From: an uncultured Sphingopyxis sp.
GTDB lineage: Bacteria; Pseudomonadota; Alphaproteobacteria; Sphingomonadales; Sphingomonadaceae
Length of the DNA: 64,000 nt
Assembly (NCBI RefSeq): GCF_900078365.1
Contig: NZ_LT598653.1
Location: 1,837,290-1,901,289, forward strand
Direction: 5' to 3'
Shown: in pieces, positions 9,316-19,269 of the stretch
Layout of the letters: every line of letters begins with the position of its first letter
Position numbering within the stretch: position 1 is the stretch's first letter
Program-made: the position numbers and the translations under genes
Notes under the pieces: model-generated
What the model was told of the DNA's origin: nothing
What the model saw: only the letters and a program-made list of their open reading frames with translations
Database searches by the model: none

Positions 9316-10506
9316 TCACGACGCTTGGCTCCCGGATGATGGCGACGGGAACGGCGGCGCGCGGGCGAGATAGCGACGTTCGAAGGTCTCGATGATGATC
9401 ATGTTGCCGCCGCAGCACGGGCACGGGCGCCGAGCGTCGGGCTCGTCGGGCTGTTCGTCGACAGGCGGGGGTGCGACGCTGAGCAGGCGGCGGGCGCGTT
9501 CGAGATGATCCTTGCGGCGTGCGCTGGCGAGGAGGCCATAGTGGCGGATGCGGTGGAACCCGCGCGGCAGGGCGTGGAGGAGGAACCGGCGGATGAACTC
9601 GTCGGCGGCGAGTGTCATGACCTGCTGCCGTCCGGCGCCGGCCTTGCGGTAATCCTTGTAGCGGAAGGTGACCCCGGCCTCGTCGAACCGGAGGAGGCGG
9701 CTGTTCGATATGGCGACCCGGTGGGTGTATCGCGACAGATAGGCGAGCACCGCCTCGGGGCCCGCAAACGGCGGCTTGGCATAGACCACCCAGCGCTTCT
9801 TCCTGACGGGCGAGAGGTGGCGCAGGAATGCGCGTCGTTCGGCAAGCTGTGTCATGCCGCCGAAGAAGGTGAGCTGCCCACGGTCATGGAGGGCGCGTAG
9901 CCGGGTCAGGAACAGGCGGCGGAACAGGGCGCCCAGCACGCGGACCGACAAAAGGAAAGCGGGGCGGGCGGATATCCAGCGTGTTCCATCGCGGGAGATG
10001 CCGCCGCCCGGTACGATCATGTGGATGTGGGGATGATAGGTCAGCGCGGATCCCCATGTATGGAGTACGGCGGTGATGCCGATCCGGGCACCGAGATGCT
10101 TAGGATCAGCGGCGATCGTCAGCATCGTATCGGCCGCGGCCTTGAACAGCAGATCATAGACCAGCGCTTTGTTATGATAGGCGATGGCGGCGACCTCAGC
10201 AGGGAGTGTGAACACGACGTGGAAGTAGCCGACCGGGAGAAGGTCGGCCTCGCGCGCTTCGAGCCAGCTGCGCGCCGCGGCGCCTTGGCACCTTGGGCAG
10301 TGCCGGTTGCGGCAGCTGATATAGGCGATCTGCCAGTGGCCGCAGTCGGTACAGGCCTCCACGTGGCCGCCGAGCGCGGCGGTGCGGCAATGCTCGATCG
10401 CCGACATGATCTTGAGCTGATGCAGGCTGAGATGCCCGGCATGGGCCATGCGATAGGCAGGCCCCGCGGCACGGAAGATGTCGGCGACCTCGAGCGAGGC
10501 GCGCAT
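9316..10506 (-). CDS. IS91-family HUH (Y2) transposase
   Basis: Zn-binding N-terminus (CRTAALGG...CTDC...SCRNRHCPRCQ), HUH motif HPHIH, YLSRYTHR, C-terminal CPCCGG. Confidence 0.93.
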   Translation of the reverse strand: MRASLEVADIFRAAGPAYRMAHAGHLSLHQLKIMSAIEHCRTAALGGHVEACTDCGHWQIAYISCRNRHCPRCQGAAARSWLEAREADLLPVGYFHVVFTLPAEVAAIAYHNKALVYDLLFKAAADTMLTIAADPKHLGARIGITAVLHTWGSALTYHPHIHMIVPGGGISRDGTRWISARPAFLLSVRVLGALFRRLFLTRLRALHDRGQLTFFGGMTQLAERRAFLRHLSPVRKKRWVVYAKPPFAGPEAVLAYLSRYTHRVAISNSRLLRFDEAGVTFRYKDYRKAGAGRQQVMTLAADEFIRRFLLHALPRGFHRIRHYGLLASARRKDHLERARRLLSVAPPPVDEQPDEPDARRPCPCCGGNMIIIETFERRYLARAPPFPSPSSGSQAS

Positions 10507-10511
10507 CGGCC

Positions 10512-11420
10512 TCAGCCGTCGGGCGCCTCCTCGCTCGGTGATGCGAGCGCGAGCCTGTCGAGCGGACTGACGATCGACCGTACCGTCTTGGTCGCGACCT
10601 GCGTGTAGAAGGCGGTGGTGTTTAGCTTGGCATGGCCGAGCAGCGCCTGGATGACGCGGATATCGACACCGTCCTCAAGCAGGTGGGTGGCGAAGCTGTG
10701 GCGCAGGGTATGCGGTCCGACGCGCTTGTCGATGTCCGCCGCCTCCGCGGCTTCGACGACGACGCGGTAGAGCTGCCGCGTGCTGATCGGCGCCGCGGCG
10801 CTCTGTCCGGGGAACAGCCAGCCATCAGGCAGCAAGATGCCCTGCTGCCGTCCGGCGCGCCACCAGTCGCGCAGCAGCAGGAGCAAGCCTTGGGGCAGCA
10901 TCGCGTTGCGGTAGCGTCCGCCTTTGCCGCGCTCGATCCGGAGCAGCATCCGCTTGCTGTCGACGTCGCTGACCTTGAGCGCCGCCACCTCCGCAACGCG
11001 CAAGCCGGCACCATAGGCGACCGACAGGGCTGCCTGGTGCTTGAGCGAGCGCGTGGCATCGAGCAGCCGCTTCACCTCGGCCATGGTCAACACGACCGGG
11101 ATCTTGCGGGCCTGCTTGGTGCGGATCAGCTTACGCGCGAGATCGGGGCGGTCGAGTGTGTGCGTGAAGAAGAACCTGAGCGCGCCAACGATGCTGTTCA
11201 TCGTTGGCGCCGGCACGCCCGCCTGGTGCTGTTCGAACTGGAACTGCCGGATGTCCTCTGTGCTCGCGGTGTGGGGCGAGCGACGCAGCCAGGTCGCGAA
11301 CCGTCCGACGTCGCGAAGATAGTTACGCTGCGTCTCCTTGGAGAACCCGCGCAAGGCCATATCGTCGATCAGGCGCTGGCGCAGCGGGCTGATCGGGCCA
11401 ATCTGGATAAGCTCGTTCAT
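10512..11420 (-). CDS. Tyrosine recombinase/integrase (XerD-like) with N-terminal SAM-like domain
   Basis: Catalytic set GLRVAE (R), GKGG (K), HTLRH (HxxR), LGHA (H), TAFYTQ (Y). Confidence 0.93.
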   Translation of the reverse strand: MNELIQIGPISPLRQRLIDDMALRGFSKETQRNYLRDVGRFATWLRRSPHTASTEDIRQFQFEQHQAGVPAPTMNSIVGALRFFFTHTLDRPDLARKLIRTKQARKIPVVLTMAEVKRLLDATRSLKHQAALSVAYGAGLRVAEVAALKVSDVDSKRMLLRIERGKGGRYRNAMLPQGLLLLLRDWWRAGRQQGILLPDGWLFPGQSAAAPISTRQLYRVVVEAAEAADIDKRVGPHTLRHSFATHLLEDGVDIRVIQALLGHAKLNTTAFYTQVATKTVRSIVSPLDRLALASPSEEAPDG

Positions 11421-11422
11421 CG

Positions 11423-11449
11423 TTCGACTCCTCAGTTGAAGGAGTCGAA
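11423..11449 (-). promoter_or_regulatory. Perfect 10-bp hairpin that includes the recombinase Shine-Dalgarno
   Basis: mRNA UUCGACUCCU-UCAACUG-AGGAGUCGAA-CG-AUG. Confidence 0.6.
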
Positions 11450-11696
11450 AGGGTCTGCCTGCTGCAGTCCGCGTTCAATCAGGCGCCGCGCTCGCTGGGC
11501 CGCTTTATATCGCCGCTAACACCAATCCGCGGAGCGGTTCGTGCAACGGCCATTAGCTGCAATACCGATTGTCGTCGATGAGCTCCTGGATGATGGTACC
11601 GAGAACCACCTCGGGTAGGTGTATTCGGCATAGTTCCACCCCGTTGTGTGCGGCTTGCCCGATCAGCTTCTTCGGGTCCTTCGGATAGGTTAGCGA

Positions 11697-13925
11697 CTAC
11701 GCCGGCGGACCCACGAGCATTGCCATGATTTCGTCGCCATGCTCTCCCAAGGTTGGTGCCGGGCGGGATATAGGCGGGCGGGGGCCATCGATCCGGATGA
11801 CCGGCGCGGAGGTCCAGTGGCTACCGACATAGCGGCGCTCGATCCGGGTCCAGGCGCCTGTTTGGCCGAGATGCCTCTCAACCGGCAGATCTTCCGCCCG
11901 GTTGATCGGTGCTGCCGGAACTCCCGAGGCTTGGAGTGCGTCGGCCGCCTCCGCTGCCGTCATCGATTTCACAGACGCATGGAGGGCGGCCTCGATCGCA
12001 TCGCCGTGCAGATTCCGGTCCGCGATGCTGGTCCAGGCCGTCGCCCATTCCGGTTTGCCCAGCCACCGGGCGAGGGCGGTCCATTGAGCACTGTCCCGAA
12101 CGACGGTCGCCACATAACCGTCGCTCGCAGCGACGACGCATCGCGGCGCATGGAGGGCCGAGCGACTGCCGAGGCGCTGCGGGGCGCCCTCTGTTTGGGT
12201 GCGAATGATGGCGTCGGCGCCGAGCTGGAACAGGCATTCGACCTGTCCGAGGTCAAACCAGGTGCCGCCAAGCTCGGCCCTTCCGTGGAGGCCGGCAAGC
12301 GCGGCGATGGCACCATAGATGCCCGCGACCGGATCTCCGAGCGCAGTGTGCTGCAGCACGGGCGGCCAATGGGCTTCGCCGTTGACATGGGGCATGCCGG
12401 AGGCGTGCTCGACGGTGGAGCCATAGGCGCGGAAGAAGCTCCAGGGACCGGAGGCCCCGAACGCGCCCATCGATACCATGACAAGACCGGAGCGAAGATC
12501 GAGCAGATGGCCGGGGTCAAGCCCGAGCTTTTTCATCACCCCGGGTGCATAATTTTCGATCACGATGTCCGACCGGCGCACCAGCGTCTCGGCAAGCGTG
12601 CGGCCGCGTTTGTCGGTAAGGTCGAGGCAGATGCCCCTCTTGTTACGGTTCATGACGAGAAATGCGGGCATCATTTCATATTTTGGCGGGTCGGATGCCC
12701 CCGGTGGTTCCCAGCCGCGCCACCAGTCATAATGGGTGTCCGACTCCACCTTGATGATGTCGGCGCCGAGATCGGCAAGCAGCCGCGTACACATCGGCCC
12801 CGCCCAGCCCATCGAGAAGTCGGCAACGCACACACCATCGAGCGGCGCAGCGGGAGGGCTTTCCGGTGGCTGTTCGGCTAGGGACTGCCCGTCGGTAAAA
12901 ATGCGGAACGGTAGCAGCGGTGCGATAACGCCTTCGGCGTCGGGCAGGGGAGCGAAGCTTCCGCGCTCGCGCCAATGCGGCGTCGCCAGGAGCTCTCGGT
13001 GGTCCGGCACTGGAGCGAGCGGGACGCGGCGGCGCTGGCCCTCCATCAGCCAGTGATCGGTGGTTTCACGGGGCAGGATTGCGGCGAGCGCGGCATCAAG
13101 GGCTTCGGCGTTTTCGACGCGCGCGAGAGATGTCGCGAAGCGGGGATCGTTCGCCCAGTCGGGATGTCCAACCATATCGGCGAGTGCTGCCCATTGGGCG
13201 GGCGTGAGCGCGGTAACTCCGATCCAGCCGTCGCGCGTGGGATAGACGGTGGTAGGGTGGTTCGTCGCGAAGCGATTGATACCGGTCCGGCCGGGCGAAG
13301 CGGCACCCGCTTCGGCAAGGGGCGGCGAGGGTTCGGTGAAGCACATGGCGGCTTCGAAAATGTTGACGTCGACGCGCCTTGTCTCGCCGCCTCGCTTGCG
13401 CGACCAGAGCCCGGCGAGAGCCCCCACGACGAGGGTCGCGCCGGCGGTGATTTGCGGAGCGAAGCCCTGCGGTAGCATCGGCGGTCCATCGGAGGGGCCG
13501 AAGGAGGCGGCGATGCCGATCAATGCTTGGACCAAGGCGTCGTCGCCCTGCCAATCGCGATAGGGCCCGTCGTGGCCGAACCAGGTGATGCCGAGGCGAA
13601 GCGCGTCGAAGCTATGCTCAGCCAGGAGCCTGTCGACCGTCTCGACGGCCGTCGGCGACTGGCCAACAAGAACCACGCGATGCGAGGGCCGGAACTCCGC
13701 CAGCCGTCCGAGCCCCTCCTCGAACGTCCCGATGAACGACTTGCCTTGGTCAAGCCAGAGGTCCACGGCATCAGCTTGGCGGGGTGCTGCGCTGCCGATG
13801 CGCCATATCTGTGCGCCAAGGACGGACAAGGCCCGGGCGGAGTAACGGGCGGCGACGTCGTCCGACATTTCGAGAACCGCGATTCCGGCAAGCGGCCCGG
13901 CTTCGGCGCGGGTGTACAATTTCAT
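11697..13925 (-). CDS. Family III (CaiB/BaiF) CoA-transferase, two fused domains
   Basis: Two CaiB-like repeats: PLAGIAVLEMS... and PLDGVCVADFSMGWAGP...NRNKRGICLDL...LGDPVAG. Confidence 0.9.
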   Translation of the reverse strand: MKLYTRAEAGPLAGIAVLEMSDDVAARYSARALSVLGAQIWRIGSAAPRQADAVDLWLDQGKSFIGTFEEGLGRLAEFRPSHRVVLVGQSPTAVETVDRLLAEHSFDALRLGITWFGHDGPYRDWQGDDALVQALIGIAASFGPSDGPPMLPQGFAPQITAGATLVVGALAGLWSRKRGGETRRVDVNIFEAAMCFTEPSPPLAEAGAASPGRTGINRFATNHPTTVYPTRDGWIGVTALTPAQWAALADMVGHPDWANDPRFATSLARVENAEALDAALAAILPRETTDHWLMEGQRRRVPLAPVPDHRELLATPHWRERGSFAPLPDAEGVIAPLLPFRIFTDGQSLAEQPPESPPAAPLDGVCVADFSMGWAGPMCTRLLADLGADIIKVESDTHYDWWRGWEPPGASDPPKYEMMPAFLVMNRNKRGICLDLTDKRGRTLAETLVRRSDIVIENYAPGVMKKLGLDPGHLLDLRSGLVMVSMGAFGASGPWSFFRAYGSTVEHASGMPHVNGEAHWPPVLQHTALGDPVAGIYGAIAALAGLHGRAELGGTWFDLGQVECLFQLGADAIIRTQTEGAPQRLGSRSALHAPRCVVAASDGYVATVVRDSAQWTALARWLGKPEWATAWTSIADRNLHGDAIEAALHASVKSMTAAEAADALQASGVPAAPINRAEDLPVERHLGQTGAWTRIERRYVGSHWTSAPVIRIDGPRPPISRPAPTLGEHGDEIMAMLVGPPA

Positions 13926-13983
13926 CGATTGGCCTCTCCATCACCATGTCTCCTCCGCGTCCGAGGGCATGGATTGTATGCGA

Positions 13984-13999
13984 TGATAACGCGTTACCA
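13984..13999. promoter_or_regulatory. Palindromic operator copy 1 (TGATAACGCGTTACCA)
   Basis: 1 mismatch to the perfect palindrome TGGTAACGCGTTACCA; about 60 bp upstream of the CoA-transferase start. Confidence 0.75.
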
Positions 14000-14184
14000 A
14001 TGAGAGGCAAGGTTCATGTGCATTCGCGGGTGCGATGCGCCGAGTGGTTCGTCGAGAATCGAGCAGAGATGGCGACGTCAAAGAAAACTATTCCTATATA
14101 ACAGTATCTTGAATTCTATTTAATGCTTTGAGACGTGCGCTGTCGAAAGCCTGTTGACACTGGCTCCGGTTCGACGATAACCAT

Positions 14185-14200
14185 TGGTATCGCGTTACCA
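14185..14200. promoter_or_regulatory. Palindromic operator copy 2 (TGGTATCGCGTTACCA)
   Basis: 1 mismatch; 25 bp downstream of a TTGACA hexamer (14154-14159) and upstream of the TBDR operon. Confidence 0.75.
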
Positions 14201-14308
14201 AGGTGCGATTTGCGGACTTGCGAGGCCGCTGGGTTCCCTGGGGCGGGTAATAATATAATCAGCAGCGACCTGCCATCGGGGAGGGCTGTGACATGAAGAG
14301 GAGAGGGC

Positions 14309-16750
14309 ATGTTCAAGAGGCTCTTGTTGTCGTCCGCGGTACTGCCGCTGACGTTGTTTCACGTCGCCCCTGCCGCGGCCCAGGAAGCCGCCCCGCCCGA
14401 AAGCGCCGACGAAGGGGTAAGCCATCAGGGCTTCACCGATATCATCGTCACGGCGCGCCGCGTGGAGGAAAATCTGCAGCGTGTCCCGACCTCGGTCACC
14501 GCGGTAAGCGGAGATATGTTGCGCACGGAAAGCGTGATTGCTGTCAAGGACCTGCCGAAGCTTGCGCCGTCGCTCAGCGTCGTTTCCTATTTCAACGACA
14601 TGAACGCCCGCTTCTCGGTGCGCGGCCTGTCGGCAGGGGTCACGACCTATTTTGCCGAGGCTCCCTGCTGCGGCGGCATCGCCAGCGCACCCTTTCTCGA
14701 TATCGCCTCAGTTCAGGTGCTGAACGGTCCGCAAGGCACATTGTTCGGACGGTCGAGCGCGGCTGGCGCTGTCCTGATCACCCCGCAAAAGCCTGAATTC
14801 AATGAATGGGGCGGCTTGGTCGACATGACCGTGGGCACTTACGGCCGGGCTCAGTTCACAGGTGTGGTGAACATTCCGGTGATCGACGATCGTCTTGCCA
14901 TTCGGCTTGCCGCAAACGCCAATCGCGTGGGCGGTTACACCAAGCAGTTCGGGACGAGCAAACGTCTCGATGATGTCAACAACCAGCAGTACCGCCTTGG
15001 CGTGGCGTTCAAGTCGGGGGGACTGGAGAACACGCTTTTCGCTTCCTATGAAAATATCGATCAGTCTGCCACCGGTTCGATCCTGGCCGGTTACAAACCG
15101 ACCCATCCCAATCTGACTCCCGCGTTTCTCGCCGTGCTCGAGGCGGAAACGGCGCGTTTGGAGCAGGGCGGAAAGAAGGCTGCACGCATCACCGCTCCGA
15201 CCTACGACGGGCAGGCGCAGCTGACGCAGATGAAGCATGCCAGCGTCGTTAACAATACCCAGATCGAGGCGATCGATACTGGTTCGACGCGGATCAGCCT
15301 CAAGAACATCTTTTCGTTCGACTCTTTCACATCGAACAGTGCCGGCTCCTATGATGGTGTCGGCGGCATTCTGCAGGAAGGCGGCTTCGCCTCCGCGAAC
15401 TACAGCAACTTCGGTTCGAACAACCAGGTGGGAACGATGCTGAGGGCCAAGCTCGGCCCCGCGCTCCATACCTACACCAACGAGCTTCAACTGCACGCCG
15501 AACTGTGGGACGGTCTGCTGAAAGCCAATGTGGGCGGCTTCTATCAGCATCAGCGGGCGCCCCGGAACATGGAAGGCACCTCGAACGTCTACAAGCTCTA
15601 CAGCAATCCAAACGGCTATGTGAATGCCGTGGGCTTCATCAAACGATCGGTGGCGAAGGAAAAGGCAGTCTTCGGTCAGGCCACGCTCGATCTGTCGCAT
15701 GCCGGCATCGAGGGGCTCAGCCTCACCGGCGGATATCGTTACAGCTGGTCCGATTCCGAACTGACGACGATCGCCCCGGTCCGCAACCCGGTCACCGGCA
15801 ACTTCGAGCCTGGTACGCTGGAGACCAACTCGGCGACGAAGAGCAAGGGCTATAACTATACGCTGTCGATCCAGCAGCAGTTCACGCCCGACATCATGGC
15901 CTATGCCTCGGCGACGCGGGCCTATGTGCCCGGCGGTGTGAATGCGATCAGTCCGCCTCCCGGCTCCAATCTGCCAGGCTACAAGCCCGTTTATGATGCC
16001 GCCACGGTGAACACCCAGGAAATCGGTCTCAAGACCCAATTCTATCTTGGCGACGTGGCGGTCCGGTTGAATACGGCGGCCTATAACACCGATTACAAGA
16101 ATATCGCCCAGACATTGCTCGGCCTCGTCGATGGTGTATCCTATCGTTACCTCGCCAATATCGCCGCAATCCAGCTACGCGGCGTCGAAGTGGCAGGCAC
16201 GGTGGCATTCGATCCGAGCTTCAGCGTCAACTTCGGCTATTCCTACAACCATGCGAAATACAAGACGTGGACGGGCGTCGATCCGTACAATGCCGCACGT
16301 CCCGGCGATGCGGTTTGTGTGCCCGAATCTCCCGCCGGCGTCTGTTTCCTCGATCTCAGCAACAACCCGTTACCCTACATGCCGAAGCATTCGGGCAATG
16401 TGACATTCCAGTACACGGCGCCGCTCGGTTCCGACGTTGGCGAACTCGGGCTGTCGGCGTCGCTCTTCACGCAGAGCCGGGTTTACTATGTCGCGGCCGC
16501 GGCGCGGGATCTCCAGCTCTATCCGGAAGGCCTCGATGCCATTTCGCAGGCCCCCTACAGCACGGTCAATCTGCGGGCGGAATTGCGCGACGTGGCCGGA
16601 TCGGGCTGGAACGGGGCGGTCTTCGTGAACAATGTGACCGACAAGCTCTATGCCACCGGCAAGGTCGCACAACTTCACACGCTCGGTTTCGCGGCTGCAA
16701 ATTATGCTCCGCCGCGCATGTTCGGGCTTCAGGTCTGGAAGAAATTCTAG
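14309..16750 (+). CDS. TonB-dependent receptor
   Basis: Signal peptide, TonB-box-like DIIVTARRVEE, plug motif VLNGPQGTLFGRSSAAGAV, C-terminal NVTDKLY...FGLQVWKKF. Confidence 0.92.
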   Translation: MFKRLLLSSAVLPLTLFHVAPAAAQEAAPPESADEGVSHQGFTDIIVTARRVEENLQRVPTSVTAVSGDMLRTESVIAVKDLPKLAPSLSVVSYFNDMNARFSVRGLSAGVTTYFAEAPCCGGIASAPFLDIASVQVLNGPQGTLFGRSSAAGAVLITPQKPEFNEWGGLVDMTVGTYGRAQFTGVVNIPVIDDRLAIRLAANANRVGGYTKQFGTSKRLDDVNNQQYRLGVAFKSGGLENTLFASYENIDQSATGSILAGYKPTHPNLTPAFLAVLEAETARLEQGGKKAARITAPTYDGQAQLTQMKHASVVNNTQIEAIDTGSTRISLKNIFSFDSFTSNSAGSYDGVGGILQEGGFASANYSNFGSNNQVGTMLRAKLGPALHTYTNELQLHAELWDGLLKANVGGFYQHQRAPRNMEGTSNVYKLYSNPNGYVNAVGFIKRSVAKEKAVFGQATLDLSHAGIEGLSLTGGYRYSWSDSELTTIAPVRNPVTGNFEPGTLETNSATKSKGYNYTLSIQQQFTPDIMAYASATRAYVPGGVNAISPPPGSNLPGYKPVYDAATVNTQEIGLKTQFYLGDVAVRLNTAAYNTDYKNIAQTLLGLVDGVSYRYLANIAAIQLRGVEVAGTVAFDPSFSVNFGYSYNHAKYKTWTGVDPYNAARPGDAVCVPESPAGVCFLDLSNNPLPYMPKHSGNVTFQYTAPLGSDVGELGLSASLFTQSRVYYVAAAARDLQLYPEGLDAISQAPYSTVNLRAELRDVAGSGWNGAVFVNNVTDKLYATGKVAQLHTLGFAAANYAPPRMFGLQVWKKF

Positions 16751-16776
16751 GACGCTAACGCCAGGGAGGCCCAAAC

Positions 16777-17625
16777 ATGGCAACGCAAACGATCCGCCAC
16801 GGAGTGGACAATCTCTCGCCGGAATTGAGCGCGCGGTTCGAAGAACTGGATTTATGGGACAATGCGCGCGACCTGGTGGAGGACGGCTACACGATCATCC
16901 AGGATCCGGCCGCCCACGCGATTACCGACGAGTTGCGTGAAGCGATCCTGCGGCTGTCGCAGACGTCCGAAGGTGAAAACAGGGGTCGGCGTGCGGGGCT
17001 TCTGCTCGGCCGCGATCCGGTATTTGCAAAGGCGGTCACCGTTCCCCGCCTGCTGGCGCTGGCGGAATTTCTTGTCGGGCGCGGCATGCTGCTGAGCCAA
17101 CTGCTGGGGACGATCCGGGGGCCGGGCGGCAGGAACCTCGGGCTACACGCGGACAATAGCTGGTTCCCCGAGCCGTTTCCGGCTTGGGAAATCATGTGCA
17201 CCGCATGCTGGGTCACCGACGAGTTTACCGAAGAGCATGGGGCGACGATGATCATCCCCGGGACGCATAAGCAAAAGCGCCACCCCCCGCGGGACGTCCG
17301 CGAGTCTCTGGAAGGCGCGCGGGCGATTGTCGCACCGAAAGGATCCATCTGCCTGTGGGACGGATCGGTCTGGCACGGAAATTACGCCCGCAAAACGCCG
17401 GGTGAACGGGTTGTTCTTCATACCACTTACACGCGGCTCGGGATGCAGCCGATCGACGATTACAGCCATCTCGGCGACACATGGCTGGAGCAGAATGCCT
17501 CCGAATTTCGCGGCCTTTTAGGCCGCGACCTTTTCTTTCATTCGACTACCGAAACCAGCGGGCAGACGGATCAGGACAGATTGCGCCATACCTACAGGAT
17601 GGTTCACGGTCCTCAGGGATATTGA
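16777..17625 (+). CDS. PhyH-family Fe(II)/2-oxoglutarate dioxygenase, paralogue 1
   Basis: HxD (LHADNSW), DEFTEEHGATMIIPGTHK, distal His (WHGN), GERVVL. Confidence 0.88.
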   Translation: MATQTIRHGVDNLSPELSARFEELDLWDNARDLVEDGYTIIQDPAAHAITDELREAILRLSQTSEGENRGRRAGLLLGRDPVFAKAVTVPRLLALAEFLVGRGMLLSQLLGTIRGPGGRNLGLHADNSWFPEPFPAWEIMCTACWVTDEFTEEHGATMIIPGTHKQKRHPPRDVRESLEGARAIVAPKGSICLWDGSVWHGNYARKTPGERVVLHTTYTRLGMQPIDDYSHLGDTWLEQNASEFRGLLGRDLFFHSTTETSGQTDQDRLRHTYRMVHGPQGY

Positions 17626-17650
17626 CCGGCAACGCCGCAGAGGAGACGAA

Positions 17651-19225
17651 ATGAGCGATATCTGGACGGGAAGCGCAGTTCCATCGGCGGACGCTTGCGT
17701 GACGGGACCGCTGCTGGAACGCTATGCGCGCGAAACGCCCGACAAGGTCTTCGCTCTCTTCGAGGACGGAAGCAGTTGGACCTACGAGCAAACGCTGGCG
17801 ATCGTTCAGAAAATGGCCGGCGGTCTACGCGCGCTTGGCGTCGCGCAGGGCGACTATGTCAATGTGTGGCTACCGAATGGCCGGGAAGCGGTTGCGGTCT
17901 GGCTGGCGATCAACTGGCTCGGGGCGATCTATGTTCCGATCAATCTGGCGTACCGCGGAAATATTCTCGAACATGTGGTAGCGAACGGACAGGCGCGGCT
18001 GATGATCGCCCAGTCGGAACTTGCCGAACGGCTGCGGACAATCGACCGTGCATGTCTGACCGACATCGTCACGCTCGGCGATGCGCCCGAAGCGATGGGC
18101 GATATACGCTTCCACAAGTGGGAAAGCCTCGACGGGCCGAAGGTCGCGGATCCGGCAAAGGTCATGCCATGGGATGTGCAGATGGTAATCTACACGTCCG
18201 GCACGACCGGTCCGTCGAAGGGCGTGCTTGTCACCTATTGTCACAGCTATACGTCGATCAACGCGGCGTTCGGCTATGTCGGTCCTGACGATCGCTATCT
18301 CGTCGCCTTGCCTCTTTTCCATATCTCGGGGACCGGGGGCGTGCTTCTCGCGCTCTACAGCGGCGCGTCGTTCGCGCTTATCACGCAATTTTCGACCTCG
18401 AATTTCTGGCGCGTCGTGCGCGAGACGGGGACCACCTGTCTGGTCCTGTTGGGCGTGATGGCGGCGTTTCTTGCCAAGGAAGCGCCGCGCGACGATGATC
18501 GCGATCACCCGTTGCGATCTGTCATGATGGTCCCTTACACCGAGGACGCCGCTGTCTTCGAAAGCCGCTTCGGCTGTGAGGTGCGGACCTGCTTCAATAT
18601 GACCGAGATATCGACCCCGCTGGTGGCCGAACCGGGCGGAAATCTTCCGGTATCCAGCTGCGGCACGGTACGCGCCGGGGTCGAGGCGCGGCTCGTCGAC
18701 GCCAATGACGTCGATGTCGCCGATGGCGAGATCGGCGAACTCATCCTGCGATGCGACCGTCCGTGGTCGATGACGATTGGCTATCTGAACAACCCTGAAG
18801 CCACCGCGACGGCGTGGCGCAACGGCTGGTTCCATACGGGCGATGCTTTCCGGCGAGACGAAGGAGGCAATTATTTCTTCGTCGACCGGATCAAGGATGC
18901 GATCCGCCGCCGCGGCGAGAATATCTCGTCCTTTGAGGTCGAGAGCGACGTCTGCTCACACACGTCGATCCGTGAGGCAGCCGCGATCGGCGTTCCAAGT
19001 CCGTTTGGCGAGGAGGAAGTGATGGTCGTCGTAGCCCCCGCGCCGGGCGAGAAGATCGATCCGAAAAAGCTCATCGAATTTCTGGAGCCGCGCATGGCCG
19101 GCTTCATGTTGCCGCGCTACATTCGCACGATGGACGATCTGCCCAAGACGCCGACGCAGAAGGTGCAAAAGCATCTGCTACGCGCGGAAGGAATCACGAC
19201 AGACACGTTCGACCGGCTCGGCTGA
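17651..19225 (+). CDS. AMP-forming acyl-CoA ligase (CaiC-like)
   Basis: YTSGTTGPSKG P-loop, FNMTE, GWFHTGD, RRRGENISSFEVE, LPKTPTQK. Confidence 0.9.
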   Translation: MSDIWTGSAVPSADACVTGPLLERYARETPDKVFALFEDGSSWTYEQTLAIVQKMAGGLRALGVAQGDYVNVWLPNGREAVAVWLAINWLGAIYVPINLAYRGNILEHVVANGQARLMIAQSELAERLRTIDRACLTDIVTLGDAPEAMGDIRFHKWESLDGPKVADPAKVMPWDVQMVIYTSGTTGPSKGVLVTYCHSYTSINAAFGYVGPDDRYLVALPLFHISGTGGVLLALYSGASFALITQFSTSNFWRVVRETGTTCLVLLGVMAAFLAKEAPRDDDRDHPLRSVMMVPYTEDAAVFESRFGCEVRTCFNMTEISTPLVAEPGGNLPVSSCGTVRAGVEARLVDANDVDVADGEIGELILRCDRPWSMTIGYLNNPEATATAWRNGWFHTGDAFRRDEGGNYFFVDRIKDAIRRRGENISSFEVESDVCSHTSIREAAAIGVPSPFGEEEVMVVVAPAPGEKIDPKKLIEFLEPRMAGFMLPRYIRTMDDLPKTPTQKVQKHLLRAEGITTDTFDRLG

Positions 19226-19269
19226 TCGTCCGGCGGCGGAGGAGGGGCGACGGCGCTACTCTCTCTGCA

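Larger units (their letters stand above)
8981..11548 (-). mobile_element. IS91-family element carrying a tyrosine recombinase; ends approximate
   Basis: int-tnpA tandem; imperfect 11-bp direct repeats TTTGTGTAACG (8981) and TTCGTGCAACG (11538) as candidate boundaries. Confidence 0.65.
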
